From Clostridia bacterium (GTDB taxonomy: Bacteria; Bacillota; Clostridia; Christensenellales; CAG-138): DNA of 64,000 nucleotides. Of this stretch, positions 36,290-46,676 are shown one piece after another. Position 1 is the first letter of the stretch; the number at the start of each line of letters is the position of its first letter. Both the position numbers and the translations under genes were made by a program. The DNA is taken from NCBI GenBank assembly GCA_030527115.1, contig JAUNBM010000004.1:1153-65152 (forward strand). Reading direction: 5' to 3'. Below the pieces are notes generated by a model. That model saw only the letters and a list, made by a program, of their open reading frames with translations, did not search any database and had not been told where the DNA came from.

Positions 36290-37003
36290 TCACCCCTGCA
36301 ATCTCAGCATCTCCCGGTGAAGCCGCTTCAATATCCGCTTTTCGAGGCGGGAGATATAGCTCTGCGAGATGCCCAGAATATCCGCAACCTGCTTCTGGGT
36401 GCAGGGATTCTTGTTGTTCAGTCCGAACCTCAGCTCGACTATCTGCTGTTCCCGCTCCGTTAGCTGTCCGAGCGCCTGCCTCAAAAGCTCCCTGTCCACC
36501 GCCTCCTCCAAATCGCGGCTGACTATATCCTCGTCGGTTCCTAAGATGTCGGAGAGCAGAAGCTCGTTTCCGTCCCAGTCGATATTCAAGGGCTCGTCGA
36601 AGGAGACCTCCAGTTTGAGCTTGCAGGTGCGGCGCAAGAACATCAGAATCTCATTTTCGATACAGCGGGACGCATAGGTTGCAAGCTTAATCTTCTTCTC
36701 GGCGTTGAAGGTGTTTACCGCCTTTATAAGCCCAATCGTCCCAATGGAGATGAGATCCTCTATCCCTATCTGCGTATTCTCAAACTTGCGCGCTATATAA
36801 ACGACGAGCCTGAGATTATGCTCAATCAGTCTGTTCTTTGCGCCTGCGTCGGTCTTGCTTGCCAGGATACACCGCATCTCCTCCTCGCCCTCGAGCGGGG
36901 GCGGCAGGGTTTCTCCCGAATGAATATAGTATAGCGGCCTTGCCCTTTTGCAAAAGAGCCTTAATATGAGCAAGCGCAGTTTGAAAAGCAGGTTTTTCTT
37001 CAT
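36290..37003 (-). CDS. sigE: sporulation sigma factor SigE (pro-sigma-E)
   Basis: The pro-sequence (LRL..L...YYI.G.E.LPPPL) is followed by [15 protein letters not shown]...[35 protein letters not shown]. Confidence 0.92.
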   Translation of the reverse strand: MKKNLLFKLRLLILRLFCKRARPLYYIHSGETLPPPLEGEEEMRCILASKTDAGAKNRLIEHNLRLVVYIARKFENTQIGIEDLISIGTIGLIKAVNTFNAEKKIKLATYASRCIENEILMFLRRTCKLKLEVSFDEPLNIDWDGNELLLSDILGTDEDIVSRDLEEAVDRELLRQALGQLTEREQQIVELRFGLNNKNPCTQKQVADILGISQSYISRLEKRILKRLHREMLRLQG

Positions 37004-37775
37004 TTAACAGCCTCCAATCTTCCGTTAACAAAATTTGCGGAACTATCGCGTCGCAATGCTTTAATGATTCCGCCGCCATCGCAACCACCGCGTCCACCTC
37101 GATCCATGCGCCCAGACGAAGCTTTATGCTGTCCGGCCGGCAACCATGGCAGACGGCCTTTCCGTTTGCCGTGACATAGGGTATGGGAATATTGCCCTCA
37201 ATTCCAAAGTTTACAAAGACGACCGGAAGCCCGGTAATAGGTTCGGTAACGAGATTCCCGCTGTCTATAATCCCGTTTAGCCTCCACTCCATCTCCCCAA
37301 GCCGTATTCTAACCGGAACCATACATTCCTTTATCCTCCGAAGCTGAATCAGCCTTCTTATCGCCCTCGGCGCAACGGCGCAAACAAGTCCGCCCAAAAG
37401 CGCGGCCCGAAGCGGCAAGGTTCCGATCAGCGTTCCGTTTTTTTCAACGCTCCCGCCGAAAAGGAGCGTTAAAAACAATACGATTCCGCCCATGAAAAAA
37501 GCGGAGATGAACACGCATAAAAGCGAGGTCAGATAGCCGCGCCCCGATCTGAACAGGGGCAGGGCAAAGGCTAAAAACAGGATCGCCTTGCACAGGGGAC
37601 TTTGAAGCACGGGCAGGATTGAGAGCGACAACAGGGCGTATACCGCGCCTATCAACGACGCCGACAAGCTCCTCCACCAGCGAACCCGAACGCCCGCCAA
37701 TACCGCCGCCAGCGAGAAAATCAGCGCGTTCATCAGGGTATTGTCTATAAGAAACCACTCGATACCTATCCGCAT
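36822..37775 (-). CDS. spoIIGA: sigma-E processing peptidase SpoIIGA
   Basis: It has 5 N-terminal TM segments and the aspartic protease motif IIDSGN, and it sits immediately upstream of sigE. The ORF tail overlaps sigE by 182 nt. Confidence 0.85.
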   Translation of the reverse strand: MRIGIEWFLIDNTLMNALIFSLAAVLAGVRVRWWRSLSASLIGAVYALLSLSILPVLQSPLCKAILFLAFALPLFRSGRGYLTSLLCVFISAFFMGGIVLFLTLLFGGSVEKNGTLIGTLPLRAALLGGLVCAVAPRAIRRLIQLRRIKECMVPVRIRLGEMEWRLNGIIDSGNLVTEPITGLPVVFVNFGIEGNIPIPYVTANGKAVCHGCRPDSIKLRLGAWIEVDAVVAMAAESLKHCDAIVPQILLTEDWRLLNEEKPAFQTALAHIKALLQKGKAAILYSFGRNPAAPARGRGGDAVYPGKQDRRRRKEQTD

Positions 37776-40034
37776 CTACGCCACCCTTATGACCATCACG
37801 GTCATGTCGTCCTGCTGTCCCCTCGTCAGCGCCGCGTTGATCAGCGCATTCGCTATCCCCTTGAGTTCCCCGGCTTTGTTTTTGACTATGGCGCGCTCGG
37901 CATTGTCGCCCAGCACGTCGTATACCCCGTCGGACAGCATTATTATCATGTCGTTTTTCCTTATCTTCACCTCCGTCGTCGAGGGCTTCGCCTCGTCCAC
38001 TATGCCGCAGGGCAGAGCTTCGCCCGACAGCCTGATCACCCGCCCGCCCCGTAGCAGAAACGTTGGCGGCGCTCCAAACTTTACCACCTCGGCCTTCCCC
38101 GCCGACAGATCCAGCGCCACCGCGTCCAAGGTGGCATACATCTCCGAACCGGCTTTTGTAAGCAGAAGCCGGTTTACGTTCTCATATATCAGCTCCCTGG
38201 AGAAGCCTATCCGGTACAGGTTAAACAGCAGTTCAATCGCGGTGGAGCTTTCCTTATGCGCCTCGATTCCGCTGCCCATTCCATCGGAAAGCGCATACAA
38301 AACCTGACCGCCCGCCAGCCGAAACTCCCCGGTTGCATCGCCGCTTATGCCGTCCTTCTGTTCGGGAACGGAAACCACCGCCATGGATGCGCGGAGCTTT
38401 TGCGCCTCCTCAAGTTCAAATACGCCCAGCATTCCGCGCCGCTCCACCTGCAAAAGCCGCACCGGATGCTTTAAATATCCCGAAACAGCCTTCTGCACCT
38501 CCGCCGCCGTCGTCCCCTTGTTGAGGTCGACGCTTATGCGAAGCAACAGGTGTTCATGCGGATATAGCGCATCCACCGATATAACCGGTATGCCCTGCTT
38601 TTCCAATGCCGGAAGCAACTCGCTTTCGAGCCTGTCGTCAATCCACTTGTCCTCCTTAACCCGCACGGCAAGCCCGCTCAAAACCTGGCCGATTCCCAAC
38701 AGCTGGCGGTTGACAAAGGCATACTGCCTGCCCAAAAGAATCGTGTTGGCCTGCTGTGCCAGCGCCTGATTGTATGACAAACAGGCGGAGGCTATCATCT
38801 GCGAAAAGTGCGTACAGTCCTTATCGACAGGCGGTTCAATTTGCATAGTCTCGCCATCATCGGCGCTCCTTGCAAGCCTCAGCAACGTTTCGCCCATCCT
38901 TTCGGCGTCCTTCCAGCAAAGCACCCGCGCCTCGCATTCCGCGCATACCCTCATCGCCCCATGCACCGTCCATTGTTTGAGCATACTCGTTTGCCTGTCC
39001 TCGGTATTCTCGGGGATGAAAAGTCCGGCGATGTCCTCGCATATCGCCGCAGTCTTTGCCATCTCGTCCGCCGCCTTCGACTGCATCCTTCTCATTGCAA
39101 GCGCCGAAGAATGGAGGCGAAGCCTGCGGCTGTTGAGGTATCCGCTGATTATCAAGAGCCACTCCTTTGGCATTATCAAAAAGGGGATGCTTGAAAGCAA
39201 CAGATTCTGCGCGTTGACGACGTGCGTTCCCTCCGCCCAGAGCGTTTGGGTTAGAAGTCCGGCGAGCAAAAACGCGCCGACTATCGCGTAGCTTCCAAAA
39301 TTCGCCACGGTTGACGCGGCTATGATGCAAAACGCCGCGCTCCCCACCAGCGTTAAATCTGCCGCCCCCTGCACCACCAGCCCCGCCGCAAGCAACACCC
39401 CATAGAGCGCGCCCGCCGCGCCCTTTGCATATACCGCCGTCATGGAGCAGAACAGGATTACGATGACCGGCAACGAGATTGAGAACGCCGCGGCGTCGAA
39501 AAGCCCGGTGAGTAGCAACGAGAGCGCCGTAGCCGTCAGCGTTTGCTCCCATTCGTTCAGCGCCCTCCGGCTACTAAGCGCCTTTATCGTTTTCAGCGTC
39601 CAAAACATCAAAATTCCGGCGAGGATTGAAACTCCCAGCGACAGGAGCGCGAAGCACACCGATATCAGCTCGTATTCGAGCGTGAACGGGAGCGACGCAA
39701 GCTGGCACAGCAAAAGCACCAGCACCTTCACCGCGGCGCTGATACGCTTATGAAAGAGCCGGAAGAGCTTGAGCAGGGCGACGAACAGAACCGCTGAGAG
39801 CATCGCGCCGAACAGGGGGCTTGCGCCCATAAACGCGCCGATCAGCATCCCCCCGAGCGCAAACAGGGGACTGCACCCCGACAACGTTACCGCCAGCAGC
39901 GTTCCAAGCCCGAAAGGCGCGTAGCCGCCGCCAATATGAATCCTTGAGAGGAGCAAAGCCACTATAAAACCTGACATCTCTATTGCCAGACGCAGTCTGT
40001 CCCTCTTTCTTTTTGCGGTCTCCTGCTTTTGCAT
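37776..40034 (-). CDS. spoIIE: stage II sporulation protein E (PP2C phosphatase)
   Basis: It has about 10 N-terminal TM segments, a central regulatory region and a C-terminal PP2C domain (SDGMGSG ... DDMTVMV). Confidence 0.88.
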   Translation of the reverse strand: MQKQETAKRKRDRLRLAIEMSGFIVALLLSRIHIGGGYAPFGLGTLLAVTLSGCSPLFALGGMLIGAFMGASPLFGAMLSAVLFVALLKLFRLFHKRISAAVKVLVLLLCQLASLPFTLEYELISVCFALLSLGVSILAGILMFWTLKTIKALSSRRALNEWEQTLTATALSLLLTGLFDAAAFSISLPVIVILFCSMTAVYAKGAAGALYGVLLAAGLVVQGAADLTLVGSAAFCIIAASTVANFGSYAIVGAFLLAGLLTQTLWAEGTHVVNAQNLLLSSIPFLIMPKEWLLIISGYLNSRRLRLHSSALAMRRMQSKAADEMAKTAAICEDIAGLFIPENTEDRQTSMLKQWTVHGAMRVCAECEARVLCWKDAERMGETLLRLARSADDGETMQIEPPVDKDCTHFSQMIASACLSYNQALAQQANTILLGRQYAFVNRQLLGIGQVLSGLAVRVKEDKWIDDRLESELLPALEKQGIPVISVDALYPHEHLLLRISVDLNKGTTAAEVQKAVSGYLKHPVRLLQVERRGMLGVFELEEAQKLRASMAVVSVPEQKDGISGDATGEFRLAGGQVLYALSDGMGSGIEAHKESSTAIELLFNLYRIGFSRELIYENVNRLLLTKAGSEMYATLDAVALDLSAGKAEVVKFGAPPTFLLRGGRVIRLSGEALPCGIVDEAKPSTTEVKIRKNDMIIMLSDGVYDVLGDNAERAIVKNKAGELKGIANALINAALTRGQQDDMTVMVIRVA

Positions 40035-40375
40035 AGCTATATTTTAAGGCGGTCTATGGGTGAATAATTGGCGACTTGCGGTGGGAAGGATATTTTTTCT
40101 TCCATCAAAACCTCCTACCAACCGCCCTTATCCACCATCTATTTCCTCCCGTTGGGACGTTTAGACAAATTGTATGCGCAAAAAATCCGGCGGCAAAAGG
40201 CAAGCCGAACCTTGCAAAACGCGCCGGACGTACAGGCGGAAATCCGTTTTTCTTTTTCCGACCGTTTAACGGTGAACCGAACTTTAGCATCAAAAGATAC
40301 TGCGCTCTTCTTCCGCTCTTGTCATTTGGCTCAATAATATGTTATACTTGGGACGCAAAGAAACGGAGGTTTAGA

Positions 40376-41599
40376 ATGTTTATCGCAAACGGTGATTACA
40401 GCCTGCTTCAGGGCAACTATCTCTTTTCCGAAATAGCCAAGCGCACAGCCGCTTTTAAGGCGAACCATCCCCGGGCGGAGCTTATTCGCATGGGCATCGG
40501 AGACTGTACCCGCCCACTCGTTCCCGCAGTTGTCGACGCCATGCACCGCGCTGTCGACGAGATGGGCGATATAGCAACCTTCCGCGGCTATGGGCCCGAC
40601 TTCGGTTACGATTTTTTGCGCGAAGCTATTTTGAACCGCGATTATCTAAAAAGAGGCATCCGAATCGACGTGGATGAAATATTTGTTTCCGACGGGGCTA
40701 AATGCGACGTTGCCAATATCTCCGAACTGTTCTCAAAGGACTGCATCGTTGGCATAGTCGATCCCGTTTATCCGGTCTATCTCGACACCAACGTTATGGC
40801 CGGACGAAGCGGTCGCTATGATCCAAAGCTGCGCGGCTATGAGCGCATCGTATATCTGCCCGCCGTCGAGCAAAACGGCTTCGTTCCCGACCTCCCACAA
40901 GTTCCCGTGGACGTTCTCTATCTCTGCTACCCGAACAACCCGACGGGGCAAACGCTTTCAAAGGAGCAGTTAAAGCGCTTTGTCGACTGGGCGAACGCCT
41001 GCGGCGCGGTCATTATCTACGATTCCGCCTATGAAGCCTATATCCGAAGCGTCGATATTCCTCACAGCATATTTGAGATCGACGGCGCTAAAACCTGCGC
41101 CATAGAAATCCGCTCGATGAGCAAGACCGCCGGCTTCACAGGTACCCGCTGTTCCTATTCCGTCGTTCCCAGGGAGCTTGTGCGAAAGGACAGCCTGAAC
41201 AATACGGTTTCGCTTCACGACCTGTGGGCGCGCCGGATGTCCACCAAGTTCAACGGGGTGTCCTATATCACCCAAGTTGGCGCGGCGGCGGCTTATTCGG
41301 ACGAAGGCTATGCCCAACTCACCGGCGTGGTCGATTTTTATATGGAGAATGCACGTATTATCCGCGAGGGCATGGAACGCGCCGGCTATACCGTCTATGG
41401 CGGGCAAAACGCGCCGTATGTTTGGATAAAAGCGCCTCACGGCGACAGCTGGCGCTTCTTCAACGAGATTTTGGAGGGGCATCACATAATAGGCACGCCC
41501 GGCGCAGGCTTCGGCGCGGCGGGCGAGGGCTATTTTAGAATGACCGCCTTTGCCTCGCGGGAAAACACCCTTGCCGCCATGCGGCGCATTGGAGGCTGA
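40376..41599 (+). CDS. dapL: LL-diaminopimelate aminotransferase
   Basis: The N-terminus is GNYLFSEIAKR...IRMGIGDCTRPL, and the PLP-lysine block is SMSKTAGFTG. SD ggagg precedes the ATG at 40376. Confidence 0.85.
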   Translation: MFIANGDYSLLQGNYLFSEIAKRTAAFKANHPRAELIRMGIGDCTRPLVPAVVDAMHRAVDEMGDIATFRGYGPDFGYDFLREAILNRDYLKRGIRIDVDEIFVSDGAKCDVANISELFSKDCIVGIVDPVYPVYLDTNVMAGRSGRYDPKLRGYERIVYLPAVEQNGFVPDLPQVPVDVLYLCYPNNPTGQTLSKEQLKRFVDWANACGAVIIYDSAYEAYIRSVDIPHSIFEIDGAKTCAIEIRSMSKTAGFTGTRCSYSVVPRELVRKDSLNNTVSLHDLWARRMSTKFNGVSYITQVGAAAAYSDEGYAQLTGVVDFYMENARIIREGMERAGYTVYGGQNAPYVWIKAPHGDSWRFFNEILEGHHIIGTPGAGFGAAGEGYFRMTAFASRENTLAAMRRIGG

Positions 41600-41600
41600 T

Positions 41601-42257
41601 ATGACGAAAATCATCGCTTTTGAGGGCATAGACGGAACGGGAAAGAGCGTTCAGATGGAGCTTTTGGAATCCCGAATGAAAGCATGGGGGCATAAGGTGC
41701 TGTCCATCTCCTTTCCTATGTATGACAGCTTTTTCGGCTCTTATGTCGGAAGGTATCTGACCGCGAAGGACGGAGTTTCCGCCGACACCGTGGACGGCAA
41801 GAGCATGGCGCTCTGGTTTGCGCTCGACCGCTTTGAAGCCTTTAAAAACCTCGATTACGCCGGTTACGACTTTCTCCTTATCAACCGCTACGTCCTCTCC
41901 AACGCGGTGTACCAGAGCATACGCGATTGCGATATCGCAAAACCCGATATCCTCGACTTTGTTTTGGAGCTGGAGCATGAGCATTTTCATATTCCCCGCC
42001 CCGATCTGCACCTGATTCTCGATATGGACCCCGGCGACGCTTCGCACAATGTCGAAAAGAAGGGCTTTCGCGACTATGTGGGCGACGATAAGGACGTATA
42101 TGAAGCGCACGAATCCATACAAAGCCGGGCGCGAAATATGTACCTCTCCTTTGCCGAACGCCTCGATAACGTGCGCGTCATTCCCTGCATGAAGGACGGA
42201 AAGCTCAAGAGCATCGCAAGCATAGCGGTGCTTATAGACGCGGCGCTGGACGCCTGA
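41601..42257 (+). CDS. tmk: thymidylate kinase-like nucleotide kinase
   Basis: It has the P-loop FEGIDGTGKS and a DRF block. It starts 1 nt after the dapL stop. Confidence 0.7.
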   Translation: MTKIIAFEGIDGTGKSVQMELLESRMKAWGHKVLSISFPMYDSFFGSYVGRYLTAKDGVSADTVDGKSMALWFALDRFEAFKNLDYAGYDFLLINRYVLSNAVYQSIRDCDIAKPDILDFVLELEHEHFHIPRPDLHLILDMDPGDASHNVEKKGFRDYVGDDKDVYEAHESIQSRARNMYLSFAERLDNVRVIPCMKDGKLKSIASIAVLIDAALDA

Positions 42258-42343
42258 TTTCAGCCCTGTGCTTGTTTAATTTTCCCTTAAAGTATCTCCA
42301 TTTTTGACTTGCGTTTTATGTCGAAAAGTGTTACTCTTTTTGC

Positions 42344-43201
42344 ATGAAACGAGTGTATGTCGTCTTTGCGATGCTTATATTGCTCATCGTTTGCGCCTGC
42401 TCCGCCGAGCCGGTGCAGTTGAGCGTTGTTCCTTTGCAAACGACGGTGGAGCCGCAGATTATCGCGGTGGAGCTTTCCTCCACCCCGCTCCCCACGCCCG
42501 TTCCAACTCCTACCGAGGTTCCAACCCCGTCTCCCGTCCCGACCTTCACCCCCACTCCCTCCCCGTCCCCTACCCCCGATCCCAACCGCAAGGTGATAGC
42601 TTTGACCTTTGACGACGGGCCGAACGAAAAATACACCGCGCTCATCCTCGACCTGCTGGAGCAGTATCAGGTGAAAGCGACCTTTTTCGTGCTTGGAAAC
42701 AGCATTGGCGGCAACGAACAGCTCCTGTTGCGCATGGACGAGCTGGGCTGTGAAATCGGCTGTCACAGCTGGAGTCATGCCGATATGACAAAGCAGAGCA
42801 AGGACGAAATGCGAAGGCACTTTGCCCTGGCTGTCGATAGAATCTCCGGTTGCTTTGAAAACGGCTACACCGTCACGCTCATGCGCCCGCCCTATGGAGC
42901 GACCGACTCCTCGGTATACTCCGTTATGAAGGAAATGGGGCTTGCCGTTATCAAGTGGAACGTCGACTCCCGCGATTGGGAATCGAAGAATGCGGACAAG
43001 GTTTTCAAGCTTTGCACCGATGATCTTGAACCCGGCCAGATCTTGCTCTTTCACGACCGGATGCAATCCACGGTCGACGCTATCGGCCGCCTCATCCCCT
43101 ACTTTTTGGAGAACGGCTACGAGCTGGTTACCGTTACCGAACTGATTGAGAGCGGCGGACAAGCCGTTACTCCCGGCAAGGGTTACTCAAAAAGGCCCTG
43201 A
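42344..43201 (+). CDS. polysaccharide deacetylase (NodB domain) lipoprotein
   Basis: It has a lipobox (IVCACS), a Pro/Thr-rich linker, and the NodB motifs TFDDGP and HSWSH. Confidence 0.85.
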   Translation: MKRVYVVFAMLILLIVCACSAEPVQLSVVPLQTTVEPQIIAVELSSTPLPTPVPTPTEVPTPSPVPTFTPTPSPSPTPDPNRKVIALTFDDGPNEKYTALILDLLEQYQVKATFFVLGNSIGGNEQLLLRMDELGCEIGCHSWSHADMTKQSKDEMRRHFALAVDRISGCFENGYTVTLMRPPYGATDSSVYSVMKEMGLAVIKWNVDSRDWESKNADKVFKLCTDDLEPGQILLFHDRMQSTVDAIGRLIPYFLENGYELVTVTELIESGGQAVTPGKGYSKRP

Positions 43202-43233
43202 GCTTCGATTCGATTCTTATTTTAGGCATATTT

Positions 43234-43281
43234 TTCGCCGCGCCTCCGTACATGGCTAACTTGCGGATTGGGCGCGGCGAA
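43234..43281. terminator. bidirectional terminator-like hairpin between convergent genes
   Basis: An 11-bp GC-rich stem (TTCGCCGCGCC at 43234-43244 with 43271-43281) is flanked by T/A-rich runs on both sides. The loop is large, at 26 nt. Confidence 0.5.
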
Positions 43282-43295
43282 CATTATTTTAGGGT

Positions 43296-45899
43296 TTATC
43301 CTTCGACACTCACCTCGATGTCACCGTCTTTGACGTCCACGAGCAAGGTATCGCCCAGCTCAAGGTCGAGGCTCAATATGGCGCGGGCAAGCTTGGTCTC
43401 CACCTTGCTTTGCAGATAGCGGCGAAGCGGTCTTGCTCCAAACTGCGGGTCGAAGCCGTTGTCAATGACGAAAGCCTTTGCCGCTTCGCTTATTTTGAGC
43501 TTGAGCGACCTGTCTCCGAGCCGCTTTGAAAGCTCGTCTATCATCAGCTCGATTATCTGCGACAGATCTTCCCGCGTCAGCGGCTTATAGAACACTATCT
43601 CGTCGAGCCTGTTTAAAAACTCCGGCCTAAAGCTCGAGCGGAGCAGTCTTTCCACCTCCGCCTTCGCGCTTTGAGATATAGCGCCGTCCGCCTCGATGCC
43701 GTCCAGGAGATAGGAGGAACCTATATTGGAGGTCAGGATGATGATTGAGTTTTTAAAATCGACCGTCCTGCCCTGCGAATCGGTTATCCTCCCGTCGTCG
43801 AGAACCTGTAAAAGCACGTTGAAAACGTCGGGATGCGCCTTCTCAATCTCGTCGAACAGCACGACGCAGTAGGGCCTGCGGCGCACAGCTTCGGTGAGCT
43901 GTCCGCCCTCGTCGTAGCCCACATATCCCGGAGGCGCGCCGATAAGACGCGACACGGAGAACTTCTCCATATACTCGCTCATGTCGATTCTGATCATGCT
44001 CCGCACGTCGTCGAACAGCGCCTCAGCCAGCGCCTTTGCAAGCTCGGTCTTACCTACGCCCGTCGGGCCGAGGAACATGAACGAACCGATGGGGCGGTTG
44101 GGGTCGGCTATCCCTGCGCGGGAACGCAGTATCGCCTCGCATACGGCGCGAACCGCCTCGTCCTGCCCTATCACCCGTTTGTGAACTATCTCCTCGAGCC
44201 GGAGCAGTTTTTCGCGCTCGCCCTCCATGAGCTTGGAGACGGGTATCCCTGTCCATCTCGCCACGATCTCCGCTATCTCCTCCTCGGTTACGGTGTTGCG
44301 CATAAGCGCCGCTCCGCGCCGGGTCTGCTTCTCGCTGTCGCTCTTTTTTTGCGCCTCCAAAAGCTTCTTTTCCAGCTCAGGCAAGACCGCATACCTCAGC
44401 CTTGACGCGCGTTCGTATTCGTAGCTGCGTTGAGCCTCCTCCATCTCCGCCGTACTCTTTTCTATCTCCGCCTTGATCGCCTGCACCTCGTCTATCGCGG
44501 ACTTTTCCAGCTCCCATTTCGCCTTAAGCTCGTTGAATCGTTCGCGCAGCTCCGTCAGCTCCTCCAAAAGCTTGCCCAATCGTTCGACCGACAGCGAATC
44601 CGTCTCCTTTTTCAGCGCAAGCTCCTCGATCTCAAGCTGCATTATCCGCCTTCTGACCTCGTCCATCTCGGTCGGCATCGAGTCGATTTCCACCCGTATT
44701 GAAGCGCACGCCTCATCCACGAGGTCTATCGCCTTGTCGGGAAGAAACCTGTCGGTTATATAGCGGTGCGAGAGCGTTGCCGCCGCCACCAAAGCGCGAT
44801 CCTGAATCTGTACGCCGTGAAAGATCTCGTACCTTTCCTTCAATCCGCGCAGAATCGAGATGGCGTCCTCAACCGAGGGTTCGTCAACCATGACGGGCTG
44901 AAACCTGCGCTCCAGCGCCGCGTCCTTTTCTATGTATTTCCGGTATTCGTCGAGCGTCGTTGCCCCGATGCAATGAAGCTCCCCGCGCGCGAGCATCGGC
45001 TTTAGCAGGTTGCCCGCGTCCATGGAGCCCTCGGTCTTTCCCGCGCCCACTATCGTGTGCAACTCGTCGATAAACAGGATTATCCGTCCCTCGCTCTTTT
45101 TTATCTCGCCCAGAACCGCCTTTAAGCGCTCCTCAAACTCGCCGCGGAACTTCGCGCCGGCAATGAGCGCGCCCATATCCAAAGCGAAGATCGTTTTGCC
45201 CTTCAAGCCCTCCGGCACGTCCCCGCGCATTATCCGCTGAGCCAGCCCCTCCGCGATAGCCGTCTTTCCTACTCCCGGTTCGCCTATGAGAACCGGATTG
45301 TTCTTGGTCTTTCTGGAGAGAATCCGGATGGTGTTTCTTATCTCGTCGTCCCGCCCGATCACCGGATCGAGCTTGCCGTCCCTCGCGCGCGAAACGAGAT
45401 CAAACCCGTATTTATTCAGCGCGTCGAAACTGCCCTCGGGATTGTCGCTGGTAACCCGTCCGGTCTTAACCTCGGCAAGCTTTTTTTCAAACTCCGCCTT
45501 GGTGATATTGAAAAGCCTGAAAGCCCGCGCCAAACGGTCGGTGGGCTTGTCGAGCATCGCGAGCATGATATGCTCTACGGAAACATAGTCGTCCTTGGAT
45601 TTTTTAGCTAAAGCTTCCGCTAAGCTCAATATCCTGTCGGCGGACTGGGAGATATAGACCTGAACCTCCCCTCCGCTCACCCTTGCAAAGCCGGAAATTA
45701 TAGTGTCAAGTTCGCCGAGAAACCGATCGACGTCCACGTTCATCTTTTCGAGCAACGAGCCTATAAGCCCGCCGTTTTGATCTGCGAGCGTATATAGGAT
45801 ATGCTCCGGCATAACCTCGGTGTTGCCGTTTTCAACAGCCATTCTCTGCGCGTTTTGAAGCGCCTCAATGGATTTTTGCGTAAAGCTTTGTACGTTCAT
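43296..45899 (-). CDS. clpB: ATP-dependent chaperone ClpB
   Basis: 867 aa with a Clp N domain, two AAA+ modules (GEPGVGKT and GPTGVGKT) and a long coiled-coil middle domain. Confidence 0.95.
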   Translation of the reverse strand: MNVQSFTQKSIEALQNAQRMAVENGNTEVMPEHILYTLADQNGGLIGSLLEKMNVDVDRFLGELDTIISGFARVSGGEVQVYISQSADRILSLAEALAKKSKDDYVSVEHIMLAMLDKPTDRLARAFRLFNITKAEFEKKLAEVKTGRVTSDNPEGSFDALNKYGFDLVSRARDGKLDPVIGRDDEIRNTIRILSRKTKNNPVLIGEPGVGKTAIAEGLAQRIMRGDVPEGLKGKTIFALDMGALIAGAKFRGEFEERLKAVLGEIKKSEGRIILFIDELHTIVGAGKTEGSMDAGNLLKPMLARGELHCIGATTLDEYRKYIEKDAALERRFQPVMVDEPSVEDAISILRGLKERYEIFHGVQIQDRALVAAATLSHRYITDRFLPDKAIDLVDEACASIRVEIDSMPTEMDEVRRRIMQLEIEELALKKETDSLSVERLGKLLEELTELRERFNELKAKWELEKSAIDEVQAIKAEIEKSTAEMEEAQRSYEYERASRLRYAVLPELEKKLLEAQKKSDSEKQTRRGAALMRNTVTEEEIAEIVARWTGIPVSKLMEGEREKLLRLEEIVHKRVIGQDEAVRAVCEAILRSRAGIADPNRPIGSFMFLGPTGVGKTELAKALAEALFDDVRSMIRIDMSEYMEKFSVSRLIGAPPGYVGYDEGGQLTEAVRRRPYCVVLFDEIEKAHPDVFNVLLQVLDDGRITDSQGRTVDFKNSIIILTSNIGSSYLLDGIEADGAISQSAKAEVERLLRSSFRPEFLNRLDEIVFYKPLTREDLSQIIELMIDELSKRLGDRSLKLKISEAAKAFVIDNGFDPQFGARPLRRYLQSKVETKLARAILSLDLELGDTLLVDVKDGDIEVSVEG

Positions 45900-45921
45900 C
45901 TTTGCCCTTCCTTTCCCGACG

Positions 45922-46572
45922 TTAAATTAGTCCCACGCCGCGGTTCAAATATGCCAAATAGCGGTTCTCAAGCTCCCTTGCGCTCATTCCCGCAAGGCTG
46001 TCCTTCATCAGCGCGTCAAACATCCCGATATAGGCGCTTATCGCCTCCGCCAGCTCCTCGTTGGAGTAGTTTCTATCCTTGGGGATGGCGATGCTCCTGG
46101 TGAAGCGCTCGGCATACAGCGCGTATTCGATGACGCCGCCCTTAATAAGGCCGGTAAGATACACGTCCTCAAGCCGCTTGATGAGCCTGAAAAACGAGGC
46201 GAGCTGTCTCAAAAGCTCCGGCGACTGCGTGCGGAAAATCACCGACAGCTCACCGATAGCTCCGTTCGGAACGCGGTAGAGCTGAACCTCATAGCGGATT
46301 GTCGGGCGGTAGCGGTAGGACAGACTGCTTTTGAGCGACATAGTAAGCTGATTTGGCTCGACGGACGGCTTCAGCTCGGCGTTTCCTAAGAACGCGCTTT
46401 CTATCAGCCCAAGTATGCTCCCGATTCGCTTTTCGGGTGTCATGAGCTGAACATACTCCGCCAATATCTGATTGATGAGGTTTGAGCGGTTCGTTCCGTC
46501 CCTGCGTGCAAGGCGGTCGATCTCTCCCACCACCTCCTCGGCGAGCATTAAGCTGTATAATCTCTTTTCCAT
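45922..46572 (-). CDS. hypothetical protein with N-terminal ribbon-helix-helix-like segment
   Basis: The N-terminus is SLMLAEEVVGEIDRLARRDGTNRSNLINQILAEYV (CopG-like). A candidate promoter, TTTACA-17-TACAAT, lies upstream on the minus strand. Confidence 0.6.
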   Translation of the reverse strand: MEKRLYSLMLAEEVVGEIDRLARRDGTNRSNLINQILAEYVQLMTPEKRIGSILGLIESAFLGNAELKPSVEPNQLTMSLKSSLSYRYRPTIRYEVQLYRVPNGAIGELSVIFRTQSPELLRQLASFFRLIKRLEDVYLTGLIKGGVIEYALYAERFTRSIAIPKDRNYSNEELAEAISAYIGMFDALMKDSLAGMSARELENRYLAYLNRGVGLI

Positions 46573-46676
46573 GATTTCGCCCCTCCTTTTACATTTATTG
46601 TACGCGGAAAGGAAACTTTTGTAAAGTAATTTATATAAATAGTCACCCGAATTTCACCACGCCGTCAAATTCGGCG

